Positions 26,583-40,100 of a DNA stretch of 64,000 nt are shown one piece after another (positions within the stretch are counted from its first letter, which is position 1; every line of letters starts with the position of its first letter). The translations under genes were made by a program, and so were the position numbers. Source of the stretch: Styela clava (lineage: Eukaryota). The stretch is taken from assembly GCF_964204865.1 (NCBI RefSeq), contig NC_135262.1, forward strand, positions 17,298,001-17,362,000, written 5' to 3'. The notes beneath the pieces were generated by a model. It searched no databases. It was not told the origin of the DNA and was given only the letters and a program-made list of their open reading frames with translations.

Positions 26583-27368
26583 CCGGGTGTCTCAAAAGTA
26601 GGTATGCACTTTCATTTATATTTGATTTTCAGGTCCTACCATCGAGCGTTCATTTCTTCGGGAAACACAGTATGAATATTTAGTGAAATTTACGTATTGT
26701 TTGCATTTTCCGGCAACCCACAGAATGACAAAGGTATTAACCCAAGAAATGAGGTACAAAATTGCTGCTTGGCAATTCAGAATTGATTCGGCTTCTACAC
26801 GACGACCAATTTATTTATGTAATTCATTGTTAATTTATAGAAAACTGGATCTGTAGTTTATGCACAAGAATCAAGAAAACCAAGAAGTGCCTGAGAAAAA
26901 CATTCATAGCCGAATTAATTCCAAATTCTCTGTTAAAAGAGTTTACCTTGTACTGATTTATATGCTTCTTGTCGAATAGCATTTGGCGCCTTATTTTTTG
27001 ATTCAATCTCCTTGTCATTCTGTGGATTGTCGAGAAATGCAAACAATTATTCAATGTGGTTCCCGTACATTTGAACCCACGTACATTTGAACCCACAGCA
27101 ATTTCACCTGCATACTATTGCACCTATGGATTTTTTGTTTTTGTTTTGCGGATATTTGAACCCATACTAACCTAACCCATGGGTTTTAGCACCTGCATAT
27201 AGATTGAACCCGCGGATATACACATGGGTTGAAATGTACGGTCACCATTCAATGTTACTACTCATCCACACTATGTTTCCTGGCTTCTTGCATATATGAA
27301 CGCTCTATGATGAGCACCTAAAAAGCAAATCAAAATTAAAAGTGTATACTTTCTTTTGAGACACCCTG
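26583..27368. mobile_element. Tc1/mariner-type non-autonomous element
   Basis: TIRs (ta)ccgggtgtctcaaaagtaggtatgcacttt / aaagtgtatactttcttttgagacaccctg. Confidence 0.7.
27058..27246. mobile_element. Mutator-like MITE with 9-bp TSD, nested in the Tc1 element
   Basis: TIRs ggttcccgtacatttgaaccc / gggttgaaatgtacggtcacc; perfect TSD attcaatgt. Confidence 0.8.
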
Positions 27369-29096
27369 CGGCCTGCGTATAAAAATGTCTATTATTCACT
27401 ATTAAATCTGTCAAACTGTGAATAAATAGACAACTAACAGGTATAAAGATTTGCATGTAATCAACTTGCACTTTATTGGATTCGCAAATTCAACTAATTT
27501 CAATAACATAATGTCGTTCGCATATACTTTTGTTATAATATGATTGCATATGGTGGACTTATCTGCGCATTTTCTTGTAAAGTCGCCATTTGAAGGCCGT
27601 TTTTCTAGTGGCGAAGGCAAAAATATACGTTTTATCCTTTGTTGTTAAAATAATATTTGTTATTTCGAATGAAATTGTAACTCGCTAATTCTATGTATCA
27701 GTGCGTGCATGCAAGCCTTGTCGTTCTAGTTAATCAAAATTTGGCAAAGACATTTAAATAATGCAAAATGCAAGAGTACATAAAACATAATATTATATAA
27801 ACACTCGCACGATTTAGAAGTATGTAGAGAACTTAACTTACAGTAAAATCGTGGAAGACATAAAATAACTGCAAATATAATATATAATTACGCAATGTTT
27901 ACTGCGGAAATTCTCATGTCAAATAGTAACTAAAAACTTGTAACACACTTTATTTTCTGATTAGAATACTGCACAGCATGCAACCAACTATCTGCTTTAA
28001 TGCAAATGTCTGCCTGTATAGTTAGATTGCTACGGGAAAAATGCTTTTCTAGTTTCAAAATCCGCCCTAAACTTTCAAACACTATTGTTCGCTACGGCAA
28101 TGATTTATGATAAATTATCGAAAAATATATAACAATTTACATTCTCCACTAAATAATTTATTAAACTTCTGACAAATAGAGTAAAGAAATAGTTTGACAA
28201 CATCTTATCAAGTATTTAGCGACAGAACGTAAAATACAATTTTCATGTACACAAAACGACTGAAGTTTCCTTCTGTGCCAATCGTGCATAAACGCATGTT
28301 ATGTTTCACTACCAATTTTAAAGCTCCCATTTAAATTACAACAAAAATCGCTTACTCATTGATACTTAGATAGTTTGACTGCCCACAAATTAAATATTTC
28401 AACTGTGCTTTGTACTTTTGTTACAAATAGGTGAATGCATTAAATCATCAAATAAAATGATGACGTTTATCAGTACTTGACATTTTCATGAATATATTTT
28501 TGAATTAAATATTCTACACTGAACGCACCGCATTTCAGCTGAAAAAAAAAACTGTTGCGATCATGTGTGTGTTTATTTAGCCGATTTCGTTCCAAATAAC
28601 AAACTGTCATTAAACTAAATATTCAAATCTGCAATAACATTCGCTGATTTTTGGTTTTTGCGAGACTAACTACTTATCCTTCTTCTATGCCTTTGTGCCG
28701 GTGGATCCGTATGCATATATTGCAAGGATGCCGTAGCAAGCGTAGAGATAACAATCCTACGTGATTTAAGAGTCTTGCTACACACTAACACAAATATATT
28801 TCTGTAACGTTCCATCTGACCAAGGTCAGACTTCTTCAGACAGACATAACCCAACTCTAACAAGAAAAGCAGTTACATGCATATTTGAACAACCAGTGTA
28901 AAATTATGAGAGTCACGCATGTTAAATAATCAATAAAATTGGCGAATTCTTGATTAGATAACAGCGGGTGGCCGAAATGAAAGTCATTGATGAGATCTCT
29001 CTCTTTGTTTTATTTTTAACAATTGAAGTCCAAATTAAACAAATTTAACCGCGAATGTGAAAGAAACCAAGGCAGCAGCTAAAGCCAATGAAAAAA

Positions 29097-29392
29097 CTAG
29101 AATTCGGTTGGAAACCGAAGGCTTATCGATCGAAGGTTAGGCGATCCCCAAAACAGTGGTCTTACTCCATAGTGACACCGTGTGTCCCATCACTAATTAA
29201 CTAATAACTCGCTAATTATACGACATAATCCATCCAAAACCAACAGGATTCTGATCCGAGCTAAGATTAATGCACATGTAAAATTTGGGGCAGATTGAAC
29301 CTCGCTTTCGTGAGATATCGCGTGCATCTAACACACAGACAAACAGACAGACAAATACCTATCAACATACTTACCGATAAAGATCGATAAGT
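29097..29392 (-). mobile_element. Helentron-associated (HINE/DINE-like) repeat, copy 1
   Basis: Subterminal IRs cttatcgatc/gatcgataag, terminal stem-loop ttcggtt-gga-aaccgaa, (caga)n microsatellite, T/A-rich flanks; homologous to copies at 39652 and 48343. Confidence 0.75.
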
Positions 29393-31267
29393 AACAAGAG
29401 CAAAGAAGTGACTGGAATCATCGGGCGCCCATCAACAGCCTAAACCAAACTGGCGCTTTCGATTCCTGACATTCCGTGAACAGACAGTTCCATATATATG
29501 GAATTGTTTTGTTTAAATTGCAACGTAGATACTGTTTCGTTTCTTAATTGCTATCTGCTCAGAATGGAAACTCGAACACAACTGAACTTCGTTTATTGAG
29601 AACAGCGGCACAACTTCAACAATACAACTTAAAACAGCGATCATAAACAAACGTCTACAAGTTAACACAACTTAATATCGACTGGCGAGCCAGACGAGTA
29701 GATGAGATGCATTGCGCCGCAACAATTAAGAGTTGTCGCGCTACTCATCATTTGAGTAATCACAATACGTCACATCTTCCCGTCAAACAAGAAATAGCAT
29801 ATTAATACAAATAGCATTAATAAATGTGCAATAAAATAAAACATTATCATTCAATACCCATATCTATCAGTTTTTTTAACAGTGCGTGTAGATCTGCGAA
29901 GAGGGGGGGGGGGTATATGTTCTATTTGATCAGATACACTATAGGATTAACTGAAACACTGCTATCGGGACTAATATTATCATTAATAATTGGGTCATGT
30001 TGCGTTTTCATATCACCATTGTTATAGGAAGATGTGTATGGTCCAGAAATATTACAATCGTAATCATAATTCTTTGTGAAGGGGTGGAACTTATCAGTGG
30101 TAGACAACTATTGCGACAACTACAGTGCTGAGACAACTATTGCCTTTTATTAGTTATATTCATTATTTACAATAAATCTACATTATTTTAATGTGACAAA
30201 CTATGACTTCCTACAATTTTTCCATTTCATATGTGCTTCCGTCCGAAATAGCTAGAGGAGTTCGAAATCGCCAAATCGTTACTCTTTTCGTTACAATGCA
30301 ATTATTTGAAATATTTTCAACGTTCAAAATACTGAATTGAAGATACAGATACACAGAAAACTGCTTCGATCATGTCTATATTTAACTGATTTCCATTCAA
30401 TTACACAACATATATCATAGAAATTTTCTGTTAAACTCAGAATTGCTGTGCACACTAACACTAATGTGTAACTGCAACGTTTTGTCTTGCCGAGGGCAGA
30501 AGCGAAGAGAAGCGATACATATATTCATCCTGTATTAAATTAATAATACAAACTAAAACTGCCTATTTTTAGTATGCCTCAGTTCCAAATAGGTGGAGGA
30601 GATTTAAATCGCCAATTCCAAGAAGAGCGTTTACCGTTTCACATGAATTGACATTTCATTAAACAATTTCATTTACATTTCCAACATTTGACAGGCTGAC
30701 TTTGAGATGCACAAAAAACTTGGATCTAATCTGCATTACCTCACAGAAATACAGCCAACTCAGTAATAACAAAAGCAACTAAGATATAACTGCTGTCGAC
30801 TGACGTACATAATATCGTCTTATCAGAGTCCAAAAGTCTGGAATTCGTCAATCGAACGGAAAAATTAGGGAGTAAAGCAACAAAAAACGTCGCGTGATAA
30901 TTTAATCGTTAGAAGTATACCGCCTGATCGGCGGCTCTCCCTCACCTGTGTGCGCGCGCAACCTCGACTAACGCCACGCCTTCTATGTCAGTAATTAATA
31001 CCGACATTTGTTGGTGAATCAGTTTACCGACACGATTTTTTTACCCCTAAAATGACGGTCAAATTTACCGAACATTTCTTAGAGTGTAGTAACTGTTCTA
31101 TTCAGATTAATACCTGAATTGTGGGGTATTCCCCCACTCTTGTATTAATCTCATTTTTGCAACGACGAGAGCGAGGGTTTGGCTTGCCACTCCGCTCTCG
31201 CAGGTCGGCTTGGCGTTGCACTACAGCAGTGGTTCTCAACCTTTTACTGGCCTCGTACCACTTTACT

Positions 31268-31466
31268 GTTTATTTACGGCTTCCTCCACCACCAAGTCCA
31301 TGCTTCCGAAAACAAACAATACAGTAAAAAACTAATCCCATACCCGAATTGGAATGGTAACCGGACGAGAGGCCGTGGTTCGCCATATGGATAAGCCGTC
31401 TTATCGGCTTTCCTCTCCCCCGGGATAAATATGTAAATCCTATCCTAAATCCTATCCTATCCTATC
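31268..31466 (+). mobile_element. 5'-truncated SINE/LINE-like retroposon with (ATCCT)n tail
   Basis: Ends in atcctatcctaaatcctatcctatcctatcc; flanked by the short direct repeat tttact. Confidence 0.55.
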
Positions 31467-32025
31467 CTTTACTCTGGCCGCGTACCACTGGAAAAGCCAT
31501 TTTTTGGCGCGGCGAAAAATGGCTTAAAACACGCGCTATGGGAGTATTTTATAATGAGGCTCTACATCCTCAGTGACCTAATTCGCAAGACGGACGAAAA
31601 CATGCCCATCTGGATTCGTTCGTGGACAATAGCAGGCGAGGGCGATCTCTAATGACTGGACTGGCCCATAAGACGTTTCTCCGACCCTTGACCCCAGAAA
31701 AATTCTTCCCATACTTCACTATTGCCAATTTACTTTACTTATTTTGAGAGTGTTTTGATGTGTTGGCGCTTATAAGCTGGTTTACGTGTTTGAAAGCCCT
31801 CATTTTTATAAAATTTATATACCATGTGCCGCTCACAGGCACTGATAGCTTAGTTTAGATTAGTCTATCGCAGCATTTGCGTGACTCATTTTTGATTACA
31901 GCAACTAAATTAATGCTCCTATGAATACATAATGACAATTAAGATATTTAAGCCAGAACTATTTTTTTGAAACGCTACTGAAAACTGACAAATAACCAAA
32001 AAAATTACAAAAACGAGGTAACGTT

Positions 32026-34569
32026 TATAGCAACTAACCCCCAAATGTACCCCATTTCATGTTAAAAATATGAAAACAAAGTTAATTTTCCCCAAAATTC
32101 GAACAAAGACTTTTGTAGGAATCAAATTACACCAGGTTTAAGAACATAACAGGTTCCATCCAGTCATTATCAAATTAAAATTTATATTCTCAAGACCTTT
32201 GGCACTGATTGAAATAATTATATCTAAGTTCCCATCCGTACGATGTACCTAAATACCCTTGTTGAGATAATAGGAACTTCTGTTTATAACGTGAATCACG
32301 AGCTCACGTTTACAGTATTTAATTAGATGTACGATCGACGTATAAATACAACTCCGATATCTTTCGAATGAGGACGATGTGGGGGAAGACGATGTAAACC
32401 ATTCTAAGCTAGTCTGGATAAATGTTTTAAGATTTGTATTCTGTGTGTTGTGGAAATTTACAAATAAAAACATATAGAGATTTTTAACGCATCTTCATTC
32501 ACGTGGGCGTTGAAGCTGAAGGGTGAACGGGTGACTTGCAAGTCAGAGACAATCTACGAAATAGCAATATACGGTAACATCACATTCATCTAACAATCAT
32601 TTATGCTATAAATGGTGACAAAGCCGACTTGAATTAACCTTCTGAAACGGAGCAGATCAACAGGGTTCAACCACAAATTCGGACAACAATCAGGACTGGC
32701 AACAATTTGACGGAATCAACCAAAAAGCTGACCAAGCGAAAGCTTTCAATAAGTGCCGAGAAACCGTCTCCACAAAACGTGCGAACTTACGAACGTCGGG
32801 GAGATTCAAATTGCCTGGAACAACGAGTGAAGTATCAAATTGCTGACAAGCCGACATAATCAAAAACATTATGAAAAGACAATAATTTCAATTGAAAACA
32901 GTTGAACTATGGTAACGGACTCTGGAAACGTTAAAATCATGAATATGGACTGTATTGAACATCGATCGAAATGAACTCTTTTAGAACATGATATATGTTC
33001 GAGGTGAAAAACCTAATCAAAAACGAACTGTTGAAAACAATGAACTATATGGACTGTTTTACGGTAAATTACGCGCTCTATTCCGAATAATAGAGAGAGG
33101 AATTGTCGCGCGTACCTAATGGATATACAGATCAGGAGCATGTCATTCTACAATTTGTTTCATGATTTGCAGGTTTTTCTTCTCATTGAGACAGACATTT
33201 TTCATTCTTCCACTAATACTAAGGTAAAGTACTTCTTTTTCTTCTCGTATATACATGGCGTTTCATTCGGCTTTCAATTTTTATAAATTAATTAATGGTA
33301 ACAACTTTGAATATTCTAATTTCAAATACCTTTCAAGAGATTTATATTATTGAATATTTGTGGTTAGCATTCCTTTTCGATTAAATAGATTTCGTTGGAA
33401 TTAAAATGCTTTCTAAAAGTAGATTCGAGCGAGTCATACTTTTAATTATTTACAAAGCCGTCATATAGAACGGTGAAATAATAAGCTCGTTAAACAAAAA
33501 TTGTATCAAAAGCGTTATTTTTTCAAAAAAGCCCTGAGATGGCATAAACGTAAAAATGCGTTTTTTCATCCCGACATGGGACAAATATATAGACCAACTA
33601 GGTCGCAACGCGTTTTTTCTTCCCGACATGGGACAAGCATATATTGACCAACTAGGTCTACAAAATCGTAACAATGCGATAAAGCGAGTATAAGTATTTC
33701 AACTTAGCGAAATACATTGAATTGAAAATATGTTTTAACCGTTCAAACCAAAATTTTTAAAATAAAAATACGCCATCCTTCTGTAATTCTACTTTACAAC
33801 CGTTACCTTTCTATAAACTTTTCTTTACTTCAATGTCTTGTCTCATAGTAGATCATATACATGTAAATATTTTTTTGACCTATATCATTAATTTTAGCAT
33901 CGTGTATTGTATTTTTCTATATATTTTCAATTTATTAGAGGGTGCCAAATCTTTAAACTTCCAGTTAGTAAGATGGGGAGATAATATAGCAACTAACCCC
34001 CAAATGTACCCCATTTCATGTTAAAAATATGAAAACAAAGTTAATTTTCCCCAAAATTCGAACAAAGACTTTTGTAGGAATCAAATTACACCAGGTTTAA
34101 GAACATAACAGGTTCCATCCAGTCATTATCAAATTAAAATTTATATTCTCAAGACCTTTGGCACTGATTGAAATAATTATATCTAAGTTCCCATCCGTAC
34201 GATGTACCTAAATACCCTTGTTGAGATAATAGGAACTTCTGTTTATAACGTGAATCACGAGCTCACGTTTACAGTATTTAATTAGATGTACGATCGACGT
34301 ATAAATACAACTCCGATATCTTTCGAATGAGGACGATGTGGGGGAAGACGATGTAAACCATTCTAAGCTAGTCTGGATAAATGTTTTAAGATTTGTATTC
34401 TGTGTGTTGTGGAAATTTACAAATAAAAACATATAGAGATTTTTAACGCATCTTCATTCACGTGGGCGTTGAAGCTGAAGGGTGAACGGGTGACTTGCAA
34501 GTCAGAGACAATCTACGAAATAGCAATATACGGTAACATCACATTCATTTACCAATTATATATGCTATA
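32026..34569 (+). mobile_element. Non-autonomous LTR retrotransposon (two 585-bp LTRs, 1374-bp non-coding interior)
   Basis: LTRs 32026-32610 and 33985-34569 with TATAGCA...TGCTATA ends. 4-bp TSD cgtt (32022-32025, 34570-34573). PBS-like tggtgac at 32613. Purine tract aagatggggaga just before the 3' LTR. TATAAATA and AATAAA inside each LTR. Confidence 0.9.
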
Positions 34570-37170
34570 CGTTTATTGATTGTTTCTGGTTACGGATGTA
34601 AACAAGGAAATTGATGCACATGGAAACATTCATAAAGGCTGTTTAGCGAATACATACAGTATGGAAGATAAAGCGTTGTCGGCATATTTTGGCCAACTCA
34701 AAAGTTAATTGTTGCAATAATTTAAAGCTGCTCGCGTACCATTGATCAACTTCCGCGTACCACTAGTGGTACGCGTACCACAGGCTGAGAACCACTGCAC
34801 TACAGCCTTGACTGGCCCGTCACTTTCCTATTGGGTAAGTAACAATCTGCGTAATATTTGTCTTATTTCTCCAACTACTTTGTAAGGCAAAGCGAGCAGT
34901 CACCCTCGTTCCGTGCCTTTTGGAATGAGCGCGAAACATCAGGCATGAAGACAGCTCCAAATCTTTCATACTGCTTCCACCGGAGTAACGTCGGAACACA
35001 CAACAATTTCACGACTTCTTCAAATTGAAATTAGATGGGCATTTTGATGTCACAGAGCAGAGGCTGCAAATAAAATTTATTTGGTTACAGGCGAAGAGAA
35101 TCTGGAATGAAACGCCTGGCCCGGCGGCTTCGTTTCAGATGAATGAAACCAGTGGTCGAGGCAACAGAGCGGGTAAAACGCCAGTAAAACAATGGGGCTT
35201 TTCAAGCCGAACTGCAGGATGCTATCAAATTTATTACCGACGGATTCGGACTCAAAAGCTAGAATTGAATTTCCAATACGCTCTTCGCCAGGCAACTCGC
35301 TCCGTTCGGAACGGCGCCTGTTTATATTGGAGCAATCAACGAAGAAGGCAGACTGTATAATTTTGAAATGGTATTGTCGGGATAAGTTAACAAAATTGAT
35401 TGTGTACAGTGGACCGATATTCTATCATTCCCAGCAATACCCAGGGCCTGATCTCGCAACGAATCACCCACACTGACCCTAACGAAAATTATTCTAATTA
35501 AATAAATCGCAACCGTTAATCATCTAAAATCGGTTAACACTGTTTACAGTCTTTAATTGCTTGGAAGCACGGACTGGTTATAACAATAAACCGACATAAG
35601 TTTGGGGTCAGGACTGTGTTTTTGGGACGTTTTTTTGAAGTTCCTCAATCTAATGGGCGTGAGAAGTAGACCAGGTAACATAGAATCGAGCGCAACAATA
35701 TGGTCTCTAAATTAATTTCTCGCCGACGCTATTTCTGTATTCTTCAAGCAGCTTTAAATCATTCTGACACCACGTTTGTTTGTGGGTAAACACACACATG
35801 GTGATGTATATGCTGAACTGTTTTGAGAGTATGTCAGTATGAGCATTACTTTGTTTGGCAAAATAATGATTGAATGCATTTGGAATTCAACAATTATGGA
35901 ATTGGAATGCATTAAGTAGTTAGTAGCCTACATTTTATCCTTATTAATGTCTTGCTATCATGACCGGTATGCATATTTGCGTTTAATTTTTTGTAATGCG
36001 TCCTAGCAACAATAAGATGAAATACTGATTTCGTCCATGAAACAAGGACAATACTGACCGTAGCAAGAACTCCATAATTTTGTAAAGTATACCTAGTGAT
36101 GTAAGCAGAAACAGCCCCAATTGAATTACAAAATAGTGCAGTGTCGTCGAAATAATTTTGTCCATCGGATATGTTGTTTCAATCAAGAAATATGTAATTA
36201 TGACGTGTGGAATTCACTTTTACGGAATGTTGGTTATTTGCTATTTCTTGTTAGAAATGTTGGTTTATTTTCGCGTATACATGCAGGTCTTGGTCGGCGA
36301 TTTCAATAAATGGCCGGAATGGAACTCAGCAAACGTCTGCTTCGACCACTGAATAAACACTTCTGTATTTTCATAAGAGAAGTTGGAGATTATAAGGGTT
36401 TTCCGCAATTATTCAATCATTTGCTCCAATTCTGAAACGACTATGAAACTACAAATGCGCTACATTTAGCGCCCCGTTTTCATAGACCATTCGAATAACC
36501 TCACGCAGAAGTCTCTTGAATCGTCATATAAAAAGTAAGTTTTCCATTTTAGTCAGTTACCCTCCATCAACGGAACTCTTTGTTTCTCAGTCTTTTTCAT
36601 AGATATTATCGCGGTTATTAGTTTTCTGACTATGCAATTGTTTTAATGCAAGATGTTACCTTTTGCAGCAAACAGTTTTAGAATTTCTAGGCATCCAAGT
36701 TCATATCGTTTTTTAAATGAATCTATTCGTATAATCAACAGTTTAATAATTATACTGTACTCAAAATATAAACATATATACAAGTTACAAATCTTTCAAA
36801 ATATCACAAATTGAAACTGAAATTATAAACTATATATAAGAATAGGATTTTCATCACCGATAATATAGCAATTTCACGTTAGTAACCATTATCTAAACAA
36901 AAAAAAAAGAGCCTTTCAGTAAGCTTATGGCGTGGTGATTGTACCGGACCTCAAGTCAAAAATTACTGTTTTGTTTAAGAAAAATGTTTAGTTCTGAAGT
37001 AGGCCCCGAAACTGAAATTCAATAAATCGATTTCATCAACCCGGGCAGAAAGTATGATGTCTTCTACATAATTGAAAATTTTTTAATGTTTAAGTTTCCT
37101 AATTTTAATCTCGGAACATTGTAAAAAATCGCAGTCCGACCTACATCTATAGTCCAAAACAACTTTGTTA

Positions 37171-40100
37171 TCAACACGTCTTTGACTTCAGTAGTAATCG
37201 CCTTTTTGTCATAGCTTGTTTCATTCTAGACATTGCTACGGGCGTGTTGCCGGTATTAGGACCAGTCTTTCTAGCAGGTCGGATGGCCGAGGTTGTAGGA
37301 GTCACGGGTTTGTAAGCAGCCTCGTAACTAGCATGGCCGTTAGCAACATTGGCTCTCTCCACTGGTTTCTGAACACGAGATGATGGCGTTGAAACTTGGT
37401 TGTTTGAACGGGAAACTCCCTGTAAACGGCGTCCACTTGTGCTTTGGCTACAAATCAAATCCTAAAACATACAAAGAATAGGGCATAGAACATATGGCCT
37501 CATTTGTTACCGCTATTACTTTACTATGTTTTCGACACCAAATGCAATTTTACCTCATGTACTTGTTTCGTGCTCGAGTTCTTCCAATTGGCAGACCGAT
37601 GTAACGGCGTATCCTGACGTTGCCCGTGACCATCATTTCTGAACTCGCGTCGTCCTGGCGGCCGTTGCTTCTGTGAATTCTCACTCGGTTTTAGTAGTTC
37701 ATTATTTTCATTCTGTTCTTTAGTACCATCTCGCTTTCTTTTCTCCAAAAATCTCGCTTTCAAAGCCGAGGGTGATTTTGCAATTTTTATTGCTGCTATT
37801 CGTTGCTGAATAAAATAAACGAAATTTTTCTAAACACTTGTGGTAAAATCTTTGTAAGACATCTTTTTGGTGTATTTGACTATTTATGCGCTTTGGCTAT
37901 GCAACATTAGCCAGATTGGCCCTGTAGCTCTCAAAGTGGGTGGGTGACTCGATGCTTACCCCGATTTTTAAACTGAACTGGCATATAATATCAAAGGTAT
38001 TCATCGCAAATTTTCTATACCGAAATTGTTATTTTTGTCTCCCGGAAGCCCTATTTAGCTACGAATACAATATAAAAACTTCTTCTTACTCTTCTTGCCT
38101 TTTCCGTATTAAAAAATACTTCTTTTGCGGCATTGCGTTTCTCTTCGTTCCAATACATTCGAAAATCTTCACAAAAACTATTGATATGCTTTAACATGTT
38201 TCCGATAGATTCCTGTAAAAAAAAAAATCAAAAATTTATGATAGAAATTAAAAAATTTAGCCAAATACAGTTTCAGATTTTACTGTTTTCGTGTTCTCCG
38301 TTGGAACATAATAGAGTTTAAATTCTTCAGCAATATCAGATGTTTCTGCAGCCAACGTTTGAAGTTCGGACAGTGCTTTTTCAGCTAAAAATAAGAAATA
38401 AGAGTTATGTTTTGAAAATGTCTTCGTCTCTATATATACACATATTTTGTATATAGCCTGGATATATATGTAAAAAGTAAAACACTCTGTGAAGGGTGAT
38501 TTAATTTGAAAAAAGGTACTAATGTGCATTACTGGCACACTAAAATTATCATTTTGGATAAATCGGAAGTAGTCTTATGTGATTCTGTTGTGAAATAGAT
38601 ATATATATATATACTTGTATCTATAAGAGAAAACACTCGAAAGATCAGTATAAAAGATTTGATTTATATATTGAGATGTATAGAATTTTTTTGCGTAAAT
38701 CGAACTATTTCTAACCTTGCCCAATAAAATCTGTCATCCTGTCATTGAATGGCTTGATTTCCGCAATACAAGTTGCTCCTTCAATGACAGCAGGAATGAG
38801 TTGGTCTTTACATTCGGTTAATTCTGCCGAAATGCATTCTATATCTTCCAATACGTCTTGGATACTGACAGAACATGCTTTTTGTAAAACGGTTTGGCCT
38901 GGAAGGTGACAATCATTGGCTTCTCCATCATCTGTAAGCGCTGAAGCTTTGCTGTCCTGGAGAAATAAAATTACGGTCAGGTTGGAGCTCAGGTGCCCGT
39001 ATACGCATAGTCGTGCCACAGATAATACATCGTACAAATATGTGTCAGTAGTGTGGCTCACACACTCACAAAATATAGATTATTGTATCTCTCACCTCAC
39101 TTACATAGAGAATATGAAATTTCGTCGAATTACATAAAATCTACATTATAAATATTAAAATGAAACAGAGCTGGATGTATAATCATGAAATGTAGTGAAA
39201 TCATGCTATTTCCTCCAACTTATATTCATTTTGAATATCATTTTAATGAATATGGAAGTTATATACATGCATCCCTATTGTGTGACAACTACTTGTATCT
39301 TTCCAAAGAAAAATGGCATAAAAATGGTTGCTTACTTGTCTTTTTATGAAATCTGAATTTGATTTTTCTTGCTCCGATATTATCCATCTTACCAAATATA
39401 ATGTGAGATTTATATCACCACCCTAGAAACAAAAAGAATTTGTTTGACAATATTTCGTTTCTGAGAGCAAATCAATCAAATTACCTGAGATTTGACATCT
39501 TTTAACTTCGGCAATATATCTAGTAAATATCCATCTGCATTTCCGCGTTGTGTTCCTTTGTTCATAATATTACCAAGCATCAAAACAGCTTCCAGCAATT
39601 TCTGCAGGGTTGAACTTGAAATATGTAAATAATGTATTAGTTGGGCTTGTTACTTATCGATTTTTATTGGTAAGTATGTTGATAGGTATTTGTCTGTTTA
39701 TCTGTCTGTTTGTCTGTTAGATGCACGCGATATCTCTACGCGACGAAAGTGAGATTGGATATGCTGCAGATTTTTCATGTGCATTCATCATATCTCGGAC
39801 CAGTAGCCTATTGATTTTGGGCGAATTATGTCGTATAATTAGCGAGTTTCTAATTAATTAGTGATGGGACACAAGGTGTCACTATGGAGTAAAAGCGCTG
39901 TTTTGGGGATCCCCTAACTTTCAATCGATAAGTCTTCGGTCTCTGACCGATATTTTCGTTTATTCCGTTATCCTGACTTTGAAATAACTGTCTTATACTA
40001 GCTGGCCCTGGGTTGAATCCAGTTCAAAATTCAGCAATTCGCATTTAAAGACGTTTTGAATATTGACAACTTTAAATTTTTATTTGAACTTTTGGGTCAA

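Larger units (their letters stand above)
31227..34797. mobile_element. Non-autonomous hAT element hosting nested SINE-like and LTR insertions
   Basis: TIRs cagtggttctcaacct / aggctgagaaccactg; perfect 8-bp TSD cactacag (31219-31226, 34798-34805). Confidence 0.88.

Noticed and set aside
28666-30107. Short minus-strand ORFs (65 and 61 aa) as upstream exons of the 25-kb locus
   Set aside because: No phase-consistent splice path or recognisable motifs.
32249-34432. Two identical 74-aa minus-strand ORFs
   Set aside because: They are the same LTR sequence seen twice, with no protein features.
35025-36352. Cluster of 60-110 aa ORFs downstream of the formin
   Set aside because: No domain motifs or consistent exon structure; not supportable from sequence alone.
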